Source: Podarcis pityusensis (lineage: Eukaryota). From it: a stretch of 64,000 nt of DNA. The DNA lies in NCBI GenBank assembly GCA_964106645.2, contig OZ067050.1. One strand, 5' to 3'. The notes beneath the pieces were generated by a model. That model was not told where the DNA came from and ran no database searches. It was given only the letters and a program-made list of their open reading frames with translations. Positions 48,857 to 59,929 of this stretch are shown here, one piece after another (position 1 is the first letter of the stretch; each line of letters opens with the position of its first letter). Position numbers and translations under genes: made by a program.

Positions 48857-49184
48857 CATAGAATCATAGAGTTGGAAGAGACCACAAGGGCCATCGAGTC
48901 CAACCCCCTGCCAAGCAGGAACACCATCAGAGCACTCCTGACATATGGTTGTCAAGCCTCTGCTTAAAGACCTCCAAAGAAGGAGACTCCACCACACTCC
49001 TTGGCAGCAAATTCCACTGTCGAACAGCTCTTACTGTCAGGAAGTTCTTCCTAATGTTTAGGTGGAATCTTCTTTCTTGTAGTTTGGATCCATTGCTCCG
49101 TGTCCGCTTCTCTGGAGCAGCAGAAAACAACCTTTCTCCCTCCTCTATGTGACATCCTTTTATATATTTGAACATGGCTATCAT
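48857..49184 (-). mobile_element. Young CR1 LINE, 5'-truncated 3' end (tail continues at 48062-48072 beyond the LTR)
   Basis: ORF2 C-terminus MIAMFKYIKG...FKQRLDNHMSGVL* plus (ATTCTATG)n tail; near-identical to 52350-52682. Confidence 0.93.
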
Positions 49185-49288
49185 TGTAGGAACGTTTGCT
49201 CGAACCGCCTGCCCCCTATTATGTTGGTTGCTTTCTCATTCCTTGCTTGACCTGGTGGTCAGGGATGATAGTTGATGCAGCCCAATAG

Positions 49289-49348
49289 CATACCCTCCAT
49301 CATTTATCCGATGAAAATAGGGACATCACATTCTATTATTACTACTAT

Positions 49349-49384
<36 letters not shown>

Positions 49385-49683
49385 CCTGCCCATTTGACTG
49401 GGTTCCCCAGCCACTTCCAACATATGTAAAAGCATAATAAAGCATGAAACATTTTTTAAAAACTTCCCTATACAAGGCTGCCTTCAGATGTCTTCTAAAG
49501 GTTGTATTGTTACTTATCTCCTTGGCTTGGGGGTCGCATAACTCCCATACCCTCCAACATTTATCTGATGAAAATAGGGACGTCCTAAGGGAAAGCGGGA
49601 CATTCTGGGATCAAATCAGAAACCGGGGCGGTTTCTGTAAATCCAGGACTGTCCCTGGAAGACAGGGACACTTGAAGGGTCTG
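49289..49683. mobile_element. Composite MITE with a repeated left end enclosing an L2-like tail and (TAC)n
   Basis: cataccctcca.catttatc.gatgaaaatagggac at 49289 and 49546; right end gggacacttgaagggtctg; the interior resembles the L2 tail at 9570-9700. Confidence 0.6.
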
Positions 49684-52346
49684 CGATAGTAGCGGTGCAT
49701 TTTAACACCATAGAGCTGCATCTGTGACACGTTGGAGACTAGGCTAAATGCATGCTGCTGCTCCATACTGAAAGTTTAACAATGCCTAGCATGCAAGCTT
49801 GAGGCCTAGGTGTAAACTACTATCAGTGCCAGAATTCAGCCCTGGAACAAGTAGGGTTATAATCAAAAGGGTGTGTCTAAGAATGAGTAAAATACATTCT
49901 CTTCCCCCCCCCCCCCCCGGCCCCTTTACAGTTTAAATTCAAGCATTTTGGTATTATTACATTTATTTATATTCCTCCTCTTTCCCTGGCAAGGACTAAA
50001 AAATGGCTTACAACTAAAACAGAAACAGGAGTCTATTTTCCTTGTATACTCAACCCCTTTCCACTAGTCTTAGAATCTGAGCACTTGGGAGATGATGGGC
50101 AAATCCTATTTGGGCCTGTTTTACTCAACTAGTTTTGAACAGCTACTGTTGGGTAGTGGTGGTGGTGGTTTCAAATTAAGCAAGGAACGGAAGAGCAGAC
50201 AACTGTGGCTGAGGTTGATAGGAGCCAGAGTGTCCAACAACTTGCAGAAGGCCACAGGTTCCCCTCCGCTGTGAGGATTTCAGCAAGATAAATGCATATG
50301 ATGTGGCTTGAATATTAAATGATGACTCTAAATGCTAGGTAGGGGTAGTAACCTCACTCCATGGACTACTGCCTGAGTACATAGGCCCTTCTGCCAATGT
50401 GAAGGCTCTTAGCCACATGCTGGCTGCATTTACAGTAGCCTGTGTTGCACTGATTTGAAACAGGCTGTTGTTTATTAAGTTAGTGATAAGCTGCAGGCAG
50501 GGGGACAATGATAACATATTGTAGGGAAATGGAAAAGCCCCTTGGGTGGGGGCAACTAAAATCAGGGAATCTGCTGGGGGAGGGGCACTTTATCCTTTCC
50601 CTACCTGGTTCTTTGCCGGTTCCAAAACCCCTCCTCCAGCAGCTCTGTCTGTTAAAAGCTTTTAATGCACTGACAAAGCTATCGAGGGATATTAGAGCAG
50701 AGAAACAGTCATTGCCTTCACACACCAAACCACTACATCCACTACCTTACCGAAGATCATCTTCCGTTTTCCTCATCTAAAACCAGCAAGCTATCATTAC
50801 ATGCACTTGCACACAGCAAGTAGTTTGGGCATCGTTGCTCATTGTTATGCGTTTTATGTTGCACTAGTGTCAAGCTACATGCACACACATATATTTAACT
50901 TCGAGAGATCCAGAGGAAGTGGTCTGAGGAATTCCAGCTCTAGCAATATATGAACATTTATTTGAAGGCATCTCCAAAGGCAATTTACTAGGTAAACAAC
51001 TTCTAAATAATCCTGTTTAGGATTGGTTCACATAGAGTAGCTGCAATTAGAAAGGAAGCCTTTTCTGTGCCAAAGTTGTGAACATGTTGGAATGTTGGAA
51101 GGAGGAAGATTGACACATTCCATGATGCTCCGTTTAGAATGATGCTCTTTAGAAGAAAACTAAACTGGGGCTGCTTAGCAACCATTGCCAGGCAGAACAA
51201 CCTCCCTGCTTTCAGAGCATCATTGCCACCAGTATATCTGTGGGAGAGGAGACCCAAACTGGAAATAAGCAGGTGTTTGAAGGTCAGAAGAAGGAAGGAA
51301 ATCTTTATATTGGAAAAAGGTGTGTTTTGGTGACACCAATGAGGAGGAGTGGTGGCTGGATAGAGCTGAAGGGTAATCTAAACCAAAAGTGGGGTGTAAC
51401 TGTGAGAGTATATGGTCACCAGGACTGTCAGGCACCAAAGTTTAGCCTTATTGGTTGGCACTGGGCAAATCTTTGTACATATTAGCCTTTATAAGACTGT
51501 GTTGGGTTATGAAAGATTACCCATTGGGCACTGCTTTTACTGGCTAAAATTAGCCATAAAAGCTCCAAACAGCCCACTTCATTGTTGGTTTGGAACGGAG
51601 GCTTAGTTTATCATGTTCCTGTACTACTTGAAGACTTCCCTTCCAGACCTTGACAAAGGCCCCACACCAAAACGTGGGGCCACCACACTTGACCAGCTAT
51701 GAGTATTCTGCCAGTAAGAAGATGCAAAGCAGCAGACAGGTAGGAGGAGGACTTGACTGTTCCATAACTGGAGCAAGGCCCTCTTAAACTGCCATCTTCA
51801 CAACTGTATGGTTCTGCCCTGTACACAATGCAAAGGACTAAATATCCTACTGTAATACTTGATTTTTATTTCTATGCCTATGTTGTATGTTGTTCTGGTA
51901 ATTTTTCAGAGAAGCAACACATGACAATTACCCCTTTAAAATAAAATAAGAAAAGTTGGTTTCTGATTATTAGAAAAACCTTTTGTACCCTAAGTAATTT
52001 TTAAAAGCCGCATATTATTTTTTCTGTGACAGCACACAAAATCTGTGGGCTTGGAGAAAGCAGTCTAACCTGTCAATATTAGCACACTTAAATTTTCTAC
52101 AGTTACAAATTCTTCAAGATGACGAAAACCAAGTTCTACAGAACCTGATTTCCGACATGTTATTATCAGGACTGTTATAGTCCACCCACCCAAAGAGAGA
52201 AGTGACACTCTATAAAGACATTATGGGCTGGCATTTTTCAATGTGGAGCTTGGATTTCAGAAGCTTGACCCTTAAACTGGCACCCATCCAAATGTGTGTG
52301 CTGTTGGGGAGATGGAGCTAGAGGTTGGAGCTGTGTGGGGCATTTA

Positions 52347-53770
52347 ATAGAATCATAGAATCATAGAGTTGGAAGAGACCACAAGGGCCATCGAGTCCAA
52401 CCCCCTGCCAAGCAGGAAACACCATCAGAGCACTCCTGACATATGGTTGTCAAGCCTCTGCTTAAAGACCTCCAAAGAAGGAGACTCCACCACACTCCTT
52501 GGCAGCAAATTCCACTGTCGAACAGCTCTTACTGTCAGGAAGTTCTTCCTAATTCTTAGGTGGAATCTTCTTTCTTGTAGTTTGGATCCATTGCTCCGTG
52601 TCCGCTTCTCTGGAGCAGCAGAAAACAACCTTTCTCCCTCCTCTATGTGACATCCTTTTATATATTTGAACATGGCTATCATATCACCCCTTAACCTCCT
52701 CTTCTCCAGGCTAAACATGCCCAGCTCCCTTAGCCGTTCTTCATAAGGCATCGTTTCCAGGCCTTTGACCATTTTGGTTGCCCTCCTCTGGACACGTTCC
52801 AGGTTGCCAGTGTCCTTCTTGAACTGTGGTGCCCATAACTGGACACAGTACTCCAGGTGAGGTCTGACCAGAGCAGAATACAGTGGCACTATTACTTCCC
52901 TTGATCTAGATGCTATACTCCTATTGATGAGGCCCAGAATTGCATTGGCTTTTTTAGCTGCCGCGTCACACTGTTGGCTCATGTCAAGTTTGTGGTCAAC
53001 CAAGACTCCTAGATCCTTTTCACATGTACTGCTCTCAAGCCAGGTGTCCCCCATCTTGTATTTGTGCCTCTCATTTTTTTTGCCCAAGTGCAATACTTTA
53101 CATTTCTCCCTGTTAAAATTCATCTTGTTTGTTTTGGCCCAGTTCTCTAATCTGCCAAGGTCGTTTTGAAGTGTGATCCTGTCCTCTGGGGTGTTAGCCA
53201 CCCCTCCCAGTTTGGTGTCATCTGCAAATTTGATCAGGATGCCCCTGAGTCCATCATTCAAGTCGTTGATAAAGATGTTGAATAAGACCGGGTCCAAGAC
53301 AGAACCCTGTGGCACCCCACTAGTCACTCTTCTCCAGGATGAAGAGGAACCATTGATGAGCACCCTTTGGGTTCAGTCAGTCAGCCAGTTACAAATCCAC
53401 TGAGTGGTAGCATAGTCAAGACCGCATTTTACCAGCTTCTTTACAAGAATTATCATGGGGCACCTTGTCAAATGCCTTGCTGAAATCAAGGTAGGCTACA
53501 TCCACTGCGTTCCCTTCGTCTACCAGGCTTGTAATTCTGTCAAAAAACGAGATCAGGTTAGTCTGACATGACTTATTTTTCAGAAATCCATGCTGACTAT
53601 TGGGGATCACAGCATTCCTTTCTAGGTGCTCACAGACTGTTTGCTTAATGATCTGCTCCAGAATCTTCCCTGGTATTGATGTCAGACTGACTGGGCGGTA
53701 ATTATTTGGGTCCTCTCTTTTCCCCTTTTTGAAAATAGGGACAACATTTGCCCTTCTCCAGTCTGCCTCC
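52347..53770 (-). mobile_element. Young CR1 LINE, 5'-truncated, ORF2 reverse transcriptase region
   Basis: Motifs DWRRANVVPIFKKG, NYRPVSLTS, YLDFSKAFD, GVPQGSVL, KFADDTKL; tail (ATTCTATG)n. One frameshift (~53450) and one in-frame TGA (~53375). Confidence 0.97.
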
Positions 53771-54049
53771 AGTTTCGATCGAGCGGGACAGCAGCACTCA
53801 ATTTGGGGCGGGGTAGGGAGAGAAAGATTAGGAGACATGCCAAGACACAAGCCTGGAAAGAGAAATCCCTCTCATCCTGCCATTGCTCGCTCAGGGGCAC
53901 TATCCCCCCCCCCCCATCTTTTCCTACTTTATGGGTTCCAGAGTTGAAAGTCTGAAAATAATGTCCGAGCCCCGCAGTGGTGAGTGACTCCCTCTCTGCG
54001 CAAACAGCTCTCTGCACCTGCTCAGAGGTGCTTTGAAACAATATTAATA

Positions 54050-54761
54050 ATGCTTATGATGTGTCCCTGCGTTGATTTAGCCCAGGCACTGAAGGCGAGG
54101 GGCCAGAGCGCTGCGTCCCTTCGCCCAGTCCGTGGCACCCGAGCGACAAGGTAGCCGCCGCCAGCAGCAAACAGCAGCAGCACCAGCTCCTCGCGCACAA
54201 CCTTGAATGACGAGAGCTAGAGAGAGGGAGGGAGAGGCGGGCGAGAGGGGGAAGTAGGAGGAGCAGGAGGCCGCGCCGATTGGCCTCTCCGCGCCGCTCC
54301 GAGCTCCCGCATTGGGCGCTGTGGCTCACCCGCCTCCCTCTCCCCTGTCCTCCGGCAGGTCCCGCCCCCTTGCCGGAGCCAACAAGCTAGGTTGCGCGCC
54401 TATTGCAAAAGGTGCCTCTCCGCCTCCCCCCCCCCCGCACAACCCGCCTTTCCCTTCCCTTATTGCTGCTGCCGCCGCCGCCGCCGCCAATGTTGGTGCT
54501 GCCGCCGCCGCCGCCGCTGCGGAGAAGGAGGTGGACGTGCTAGGCCGGAGCGCCCTGCCCACTGCCGCCGTCCCTGTGTCCCCTTCCTCCTGCCGGGGGC
54601 CTTGCGCTGAGCTGGGGCCCGGCGGGGAGGGGGCATGGCTGCTTCGCCTGGGGCCCGGCAGGCCGCCTGGGGGGCAGGCATGGGCAATCGGGGAAGGGGG
54701 ACCCGGTGGTGAGGGGACTCCTCCTCCTCCTCCTCTTCCTGCCTGCCTGCCTGTGCGTGGG
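54050..54761 (+). promoter_or_regulatory. CpG island and non-coding first exon of the next gene (possibly ATXN7L3, by synteny only)
   Basis: CpG-rich; reverse CCAAT boxes (gattggc ~54277, cattggg ~54310); (GCC)n runs 54470-54518; strong donor GGG|GTAAGT at 54761/54762. No recognisable coding exon in the window. Confidence 0.7.
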
Positions 54762-56744
54762 GTAAGTCCATGGGGTGGGGTGGGATGCTGCTTGTCTCCA
54801 GCCCCTCTCCTTGCAAATCCCTCTGTGTGTGCCTATGTGGGGGTGCTGTGGGAGGAGTTAGGGGTGCGCAGAGAGGAAAGGGTGGGGTGGAGGAAGGAGG
54901 GGGTGTTGGAGAGGTTGGGGAGGGTAAACAAGTGTGGGGCGCTGGGAGCAAAAGGAAGGGGTTCGGGGTTTTATTTTTATTTTTTGGGAGGGGGATTAAG
55001 GTGCGCCTTGTTAGTTTGCATGGCTTTAAACGGAAATTAAGATGACTCCATGGAGGAGCAGTTGTTAAACAGGATGGCTCAACAGAGTCTTTATTTCTTC
55101 TCGTCCCCAAATGTTCACATTCAGTGTATCTCTGTCAGGGAGCAAAACAATAGCGAGGGCTGTTGCATCCATGCCTTTCCCAGAAGCATCTGGCTGGATG
55201 CAGGGTGCTGGGCTGGACAGACCTTTGACCTGATCCAGCGGGACACTTTTTCTCTCTCTCCCCCTCCGCATGCTCTCTCAGAAAGGATTAGGGAAATTCC
55301 TGAGATCTGCTGAGAGCCAGTGTGGGGCAGTGGTTAGGCTGTTAAGACCAGTGAGACCCAGGTTCGAATCTACCCCTCAGCCATGAAACTTGCCGCCGGG
55401 TGACCTTGGGCCTGCCACCCTCCCTTAACACAGTTGTTGTGCAGATAAAAGGGGAGAAAGAGAAGCATGTGTGCTGCCCTAAGCTCCTTGAAAGACGTAG
55501 GAGGCATAAGTTATAAATTGTAATAATCCAGCTAACTATACTTTGAACCATACCTCCATGTCCATTGGCAACGTATCCCTGGATACCAGATGCTGGGGGG
55601 CATCCGATGGGTGAGGGCTGCTGCCCTCATGCCCTGCTTGTAAGCTTCAAGGGTATCTGCCCAGCTGCTGCTGGATTTCAGGTACCATTGCTCTGGTATG
55701 GCAGTTGTTCAGCAAGCAGAGAAGAAGAGGATGTTAAAGTGAGTCTGGGTTTTTCTGGGGGAGGAAAGCGAGTCAGCTATGGGATGTGGCTGGCAAGTTG
55801 ACTTGTGGGATGCAGTGCTTAAAGTGGGTTTGAGGGGCTAGCAAGTGAAATAAGCAGTTACGTTATGTTGCAGAGGGGAGAAAGGTGTGGTGGTATTCAG
55901 GGTGGGGCAGGGGAAGAGAAAGATTGGGAAAGCAGCTATAAGTCTTAAGGAAGGGATTAGAAAGTAAATAAGTGGGGCGGGAGAGGAAGTTAATGAGAAT
56001 GCAGCAATTAAATAGGGTGTGGGGGATATTGAGTTTGAAACAGTGGGGTTGACAACATTGTGGTTGAAGGAAGGAGACTGGGCAGAGAAGTGATACGCTT
56101 TGGCAGGGGTCAGGCCCAGGTCCTTTTTTGGGTGTGTGGGTGTGCTGAAGATAGGATTAAAAGGTTAAGATGAACTGGCCATGATAGGAGGAGACTCCCG
56201 GGGGAAACGTAGTAGTAGGAGTAAAGATGTGAGTTCATGGTAGAATCATAGAGTTGGAAGGGACCCCATGGATCACCTAGTCCAATCCCCTGCATTGCAG
56301 GAACTGCAGCTAAAGAATTCCTGACCAATGGCCATCCAACCTCTGCTTTAAAATCTGCATTGAAGGAGAGCCCACCACTTTCCAAGGTAGTCTGTGCTGC
56401 TGCCTTACTGGTAGGTAAAAAGAGGCAGGAAAAGAGGGGTATGCTTTGGTTCCTGTGTGATGTAAAGGCAGTGAGAGACCTAGAATGTGGGCTTGATCTA
56501 AAGCACTGTTTCCCAAACTTGTGTCTCTGACTGTTTTTGGACTACAACTCCCATCATCCCTAGCTAGCAGGGCCAGTGGCCAGGGATGATGGGAATTGTA
56601 GTCCACAAAACAGAGTTGGGAAACTCTGGTCTAAAATGACAGCTCTTATAGTTTGGACAAGCTGGCCCACAAAATACCGTTGTCTTGACTGTCTTCAGAA
56701 ACTCTTTCAGATGGGCTGAGTCTTCACCAGGTGCATGTAAAAAA

Positions 56745-56770
56745 GTGTGTGTGTGTGTGTGTGTGTGTGT
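56745..56770. repeat. (GT)n microsatellite
   Basis: Pure GT run. Confidence 0.95.
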
Positions 56771-57402
56771 TGGAACGTGCCCACCCCACCACTAACTCAG
56801 TTGTTTTGCCAGGTATGATTTCAAGCGGATCTCACTCCCAGAACCTGTTTCCAGAATATGGGAAGTAATAACCACAAAAGGGTGCCTCTGAGCAGACCTA
56901 GAGTGCATTACTCTGACTGGGTGTTTTTTTTAAGTGCACATTTAGCTTATTACTATTATTTTATAAAATATATATAGCAAAGGGCAAATAATATACCAAA
57001 GAAAATAACAGAAAGCACTCATATTGTACACAACACAAATTCCAGCAGGAAGAAAGAAACTATATTGCCCTTGCTGTGTTGAGTAATTGTAGCCTGCCCA
57101 CCACATGTGTCGGGGATTAGGATATCCAGGTGAGAGAGAATTTTGTTCTGCGGTGGGGATTTGTGCCTGAGCCCTTCTCTACCACCAAAATGCTTCTGGG
57201 TCTGTGTCATGCTCCCAAATTATACCCTGCTTAAGGGAGTGGGAAAGAACGGCAGTTTCCTAATGAAACAGTCACTTTGTTTAATCACGTTGTGGAGACA
57301 CAGCTTTTCAGGATCAGAATTGGTCATGGGTTCTGTGGTTTAGACCAACCTATTTCCGACCGTGGCCCAAGAGCGACCTTGTTTCCTTCCTGTGCCCCTC
57401 CC

Positions 57403-57510
57403 CATGGGTGTAGCCCGGGGGGCAGGGAGGCAGCAACCCCCTCCAAATAAGTAAAAATCAATACAAATATGAGGTTCTGACCCCCCAAAAAAGTCCTGGC
57501 TACACCCATG
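57403..57510. mobile_element. Small MITE with 13-bp TIRs
   Basis: CATGGGTGTAGCC ... GGCTACACCCATG; no clear TSD. Confidence 0.65.
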
Positions 57511-59095
57511 GCCCCCCAGCCTACTGGTAGAAAGGTAGCTGTTTAAATGTTTTGTTTGTAAATAGAACAGGTTTTGTTTATAATTTTTTATAAGTTATAC
57601 AAAATACAATTATACGTAAAATGATAGCAACATAATAAAATATTGTTGAAGCAGAAAAACATAGAATCATGGAACAGGAAGGGACCCCAAGAGTCATCTT
57701 TCTAGTGCACCCCCCTGCAATGTAGGAAACTCAGCTGAAGTATCCATGACAGATGGCCATCCAATCTCTGCTTAGAAACCTTCAAGGAAGGAGAGTCTGG
57801 AACCGCCATCTTCCATGTATTATAAAAAGTAAACAACAGTTATTTTACACATAAGGGGAAAGCTACTGAGGTCAGTCCTCACTGTCCTGGTGCAAAGAGA
57901 TCTTGTCTTCCGGAGGAGTCCTGGCTGCCTAGATAAAACACTACAGCGCCCCGCCCCCTTACCAGGGAGTAAGACCCACTGAACTCAGTGCGACTTTCTT
58001 CTGAGTAGACACTTAGGTATTTACTTGATGCAAGTCAGCAGCACCAGGCGACCCTGCTCAGCTAGGCGCTGGGGTGGATTTCACCCTGCGCTTTGCAGAG
58101 CTGGGCCAACACTGCCGATGGGCCCTGCGCCCCTCAGCAACATTCGAAGACTCTGATCTGCTAGGCGCTGGAGTGGATTGCACCTTGCAACTTGCCCAAA
58201 ACTGGTGGCAGCAACAAGCAGCTCCTGCTCGGCCAGCCTTACCCTCCTGCTCGGCCACCCCACCACCGCACTTACCTGATCTGGAGGCTCTGGATTGTGA
58301 GCCCTTCTGGTCAAAACGGGAGCCTCAGCAATCGCCCTCTCCTGCCGGAAACAAACCAGGATTGCTGCAAGAAAATGCACATGGCAAATAGGAGTATTAG
58401 GCCCTGGTGGGCCGCCTCCTTACCCACTTGTGATTGGCCAAGCAGATAGCCAATCAGGATTTTTTAAAAATAAAAAAAGGATCCCCCCCCCTTTTCACTT
58501 CTCTTTGTGGCCCCCTAACCTTGTGCTGTGGTCCCTGATTTACACATTTTCCACCCATGGCCCCCATGGAATATTCTGAGCCCCCTCCAGGGGGCCACAT
58601 GTCCCCCGATTAGGAAACACTGACTTAGAGAAACCTTTCCCAGTCTTGGTTCCCCAGGTGCTGGACTACAACTCCCATCATCCCTGACCATTGGCCCTGT
58701 TGTCTAGGGATGATGGGAGTTGTAGTCCAACAACATCTGAGGACCCAAGTTCGGGAAGGGCTGCTCTCAAGGGTTTAAGTTAAGGGAGGCATAAATAGGA
58801 CTGTTCTGACAGTGAATTCCAAATTGGGAGTATGGGGTGCACTGGGGTTGATGTGGTGGCATGCGTGCAGAGTGAAGCAAAATGGTGGGGAAGGGTATCA
58901 AGGTGAGAGGAGAAACAGCTTTGCAGAATGGGTGGGAGTGCTGGGTCAGGGAGCAGAGGAAGACCTGTGTGATGGGGCTGGAGAGTTGGCTGAGAGGCCT
59001 GGTGGAGGAGAAAGTTATGTGAGGTTCAGGGGAAGCTGTACGAAATAGGCGAGCCAGCCTCACAGCTAAGGTTTGGAGTGGGCTATGGTATGTCA

Positions 59096-59450
59096 GGGAC
59101 GCGGGTGGCGCTGTGGGTTAAACCACAGAGCCTATGGCTTGCCGATCAGAAGGTTGGCGGTTCGAATCCCTGCAACGGGGTGAGCTCCCATTGCTCAGTC
59201 CCTGCTCCCGCCCACCTAGCAGTTCGAAAGCACATCAAAGTGCAAGTAGATAAATAGGTACCGCTCTGGCAGGAAGGTAAACGGCGTTTCCGTGCGCTGC
59301 TCTGGTTCGCCAGAAGCGGTTTAGTCATGCTGGCCACATGACCCGGAAGCTGCACGCTGGCTCCCTCAGCCAATAAAGCGAGATGAGCGCTGCAACCCCA
59401 GAGTCGGTCACGACTGGACCTAATGGTCAGGGGTCCCTTTACCTTTACCT
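59096..59450 (+). mobile_element. Full-length Sauria SINE
   Basis: tRNA-like head gggacgcgggtggcgctgtgggttaaacc...ggttcgaatccc; (ACCTTT)n tail; 12-bp TSD TATGGTATGTCA (59084-59095, 59451-59462). Confidence 0.93.
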
Positions 59451-59597
59451 TATGGTATGTCAAGACATGTATAAAATTGATAGCCAATGAAAAATTGATA
59501 GCCAAAGGTTATGGGCTGAGGTTGAGGGGCTGAAGTGGTCGGTGAGAACTGTTCTTCTAGGTCTCCATTTCCTTATATTGCTGTGCTTCCTGCTGAT

Positions 59598-59929
59598 AAA
59601 GGTAAAGGTACCCCTGCCCGTACGGGCCAGTCTTGCCAGACTCTAGGGTTGTGCGCCCATCTCACTTAAGAGGCCGGGGGCCAGCGCTGTCCGCAGACAC
59701 TTCCGGGTCATGTGGCCAGCGTGACAAGCTGCATCTGGCTAGCCAGCGCAGCACACGGAACGCCGTTTACCTTCCCGCTGGTAAGCGGTCCCTATTTATC
59801 TACTTGCACCCGGGGGTGCTTTCGAACTGCTAGGTTGGCAGGTGCTGGGACCGAACGACGGGAGCGCACCCCGCCGCGGGGATTCGAACCGCCGACCATG
59901 CGATCGGCAAGTCCTAGGCGCTGAAGTTT
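59598..59929 (-). mobile_element. Sauria SINE, diverged variant, slightly 5'-truncated
   Basis: aaaggtaaaggtacccctg... tail and reverse B-box gattcgaacc; 11-bp TSD TTCCTGCTGAT (59587-59597, 59930-59940). Confidence 0.9.

Noticed and set aside
52425-53850. Reverse transcriptase as a host gene, retron or novel RT system
   Set aside because: Ordinary 5'-truncated CR1 ORF2 with a CR1 tail, a frameshift and a stop.
54312-55110. 242-aa poly-Ala ORF and overlapping ORFs
   Set aside because: Produced by (GCC)n tracts in a CpG island; non-ATG start; reads through the splice donor at 54762.
59096-59175. tRNA gene
   Set aside because: The A/B boxes belong to the tRNA-derived head of a Sauria SINE.
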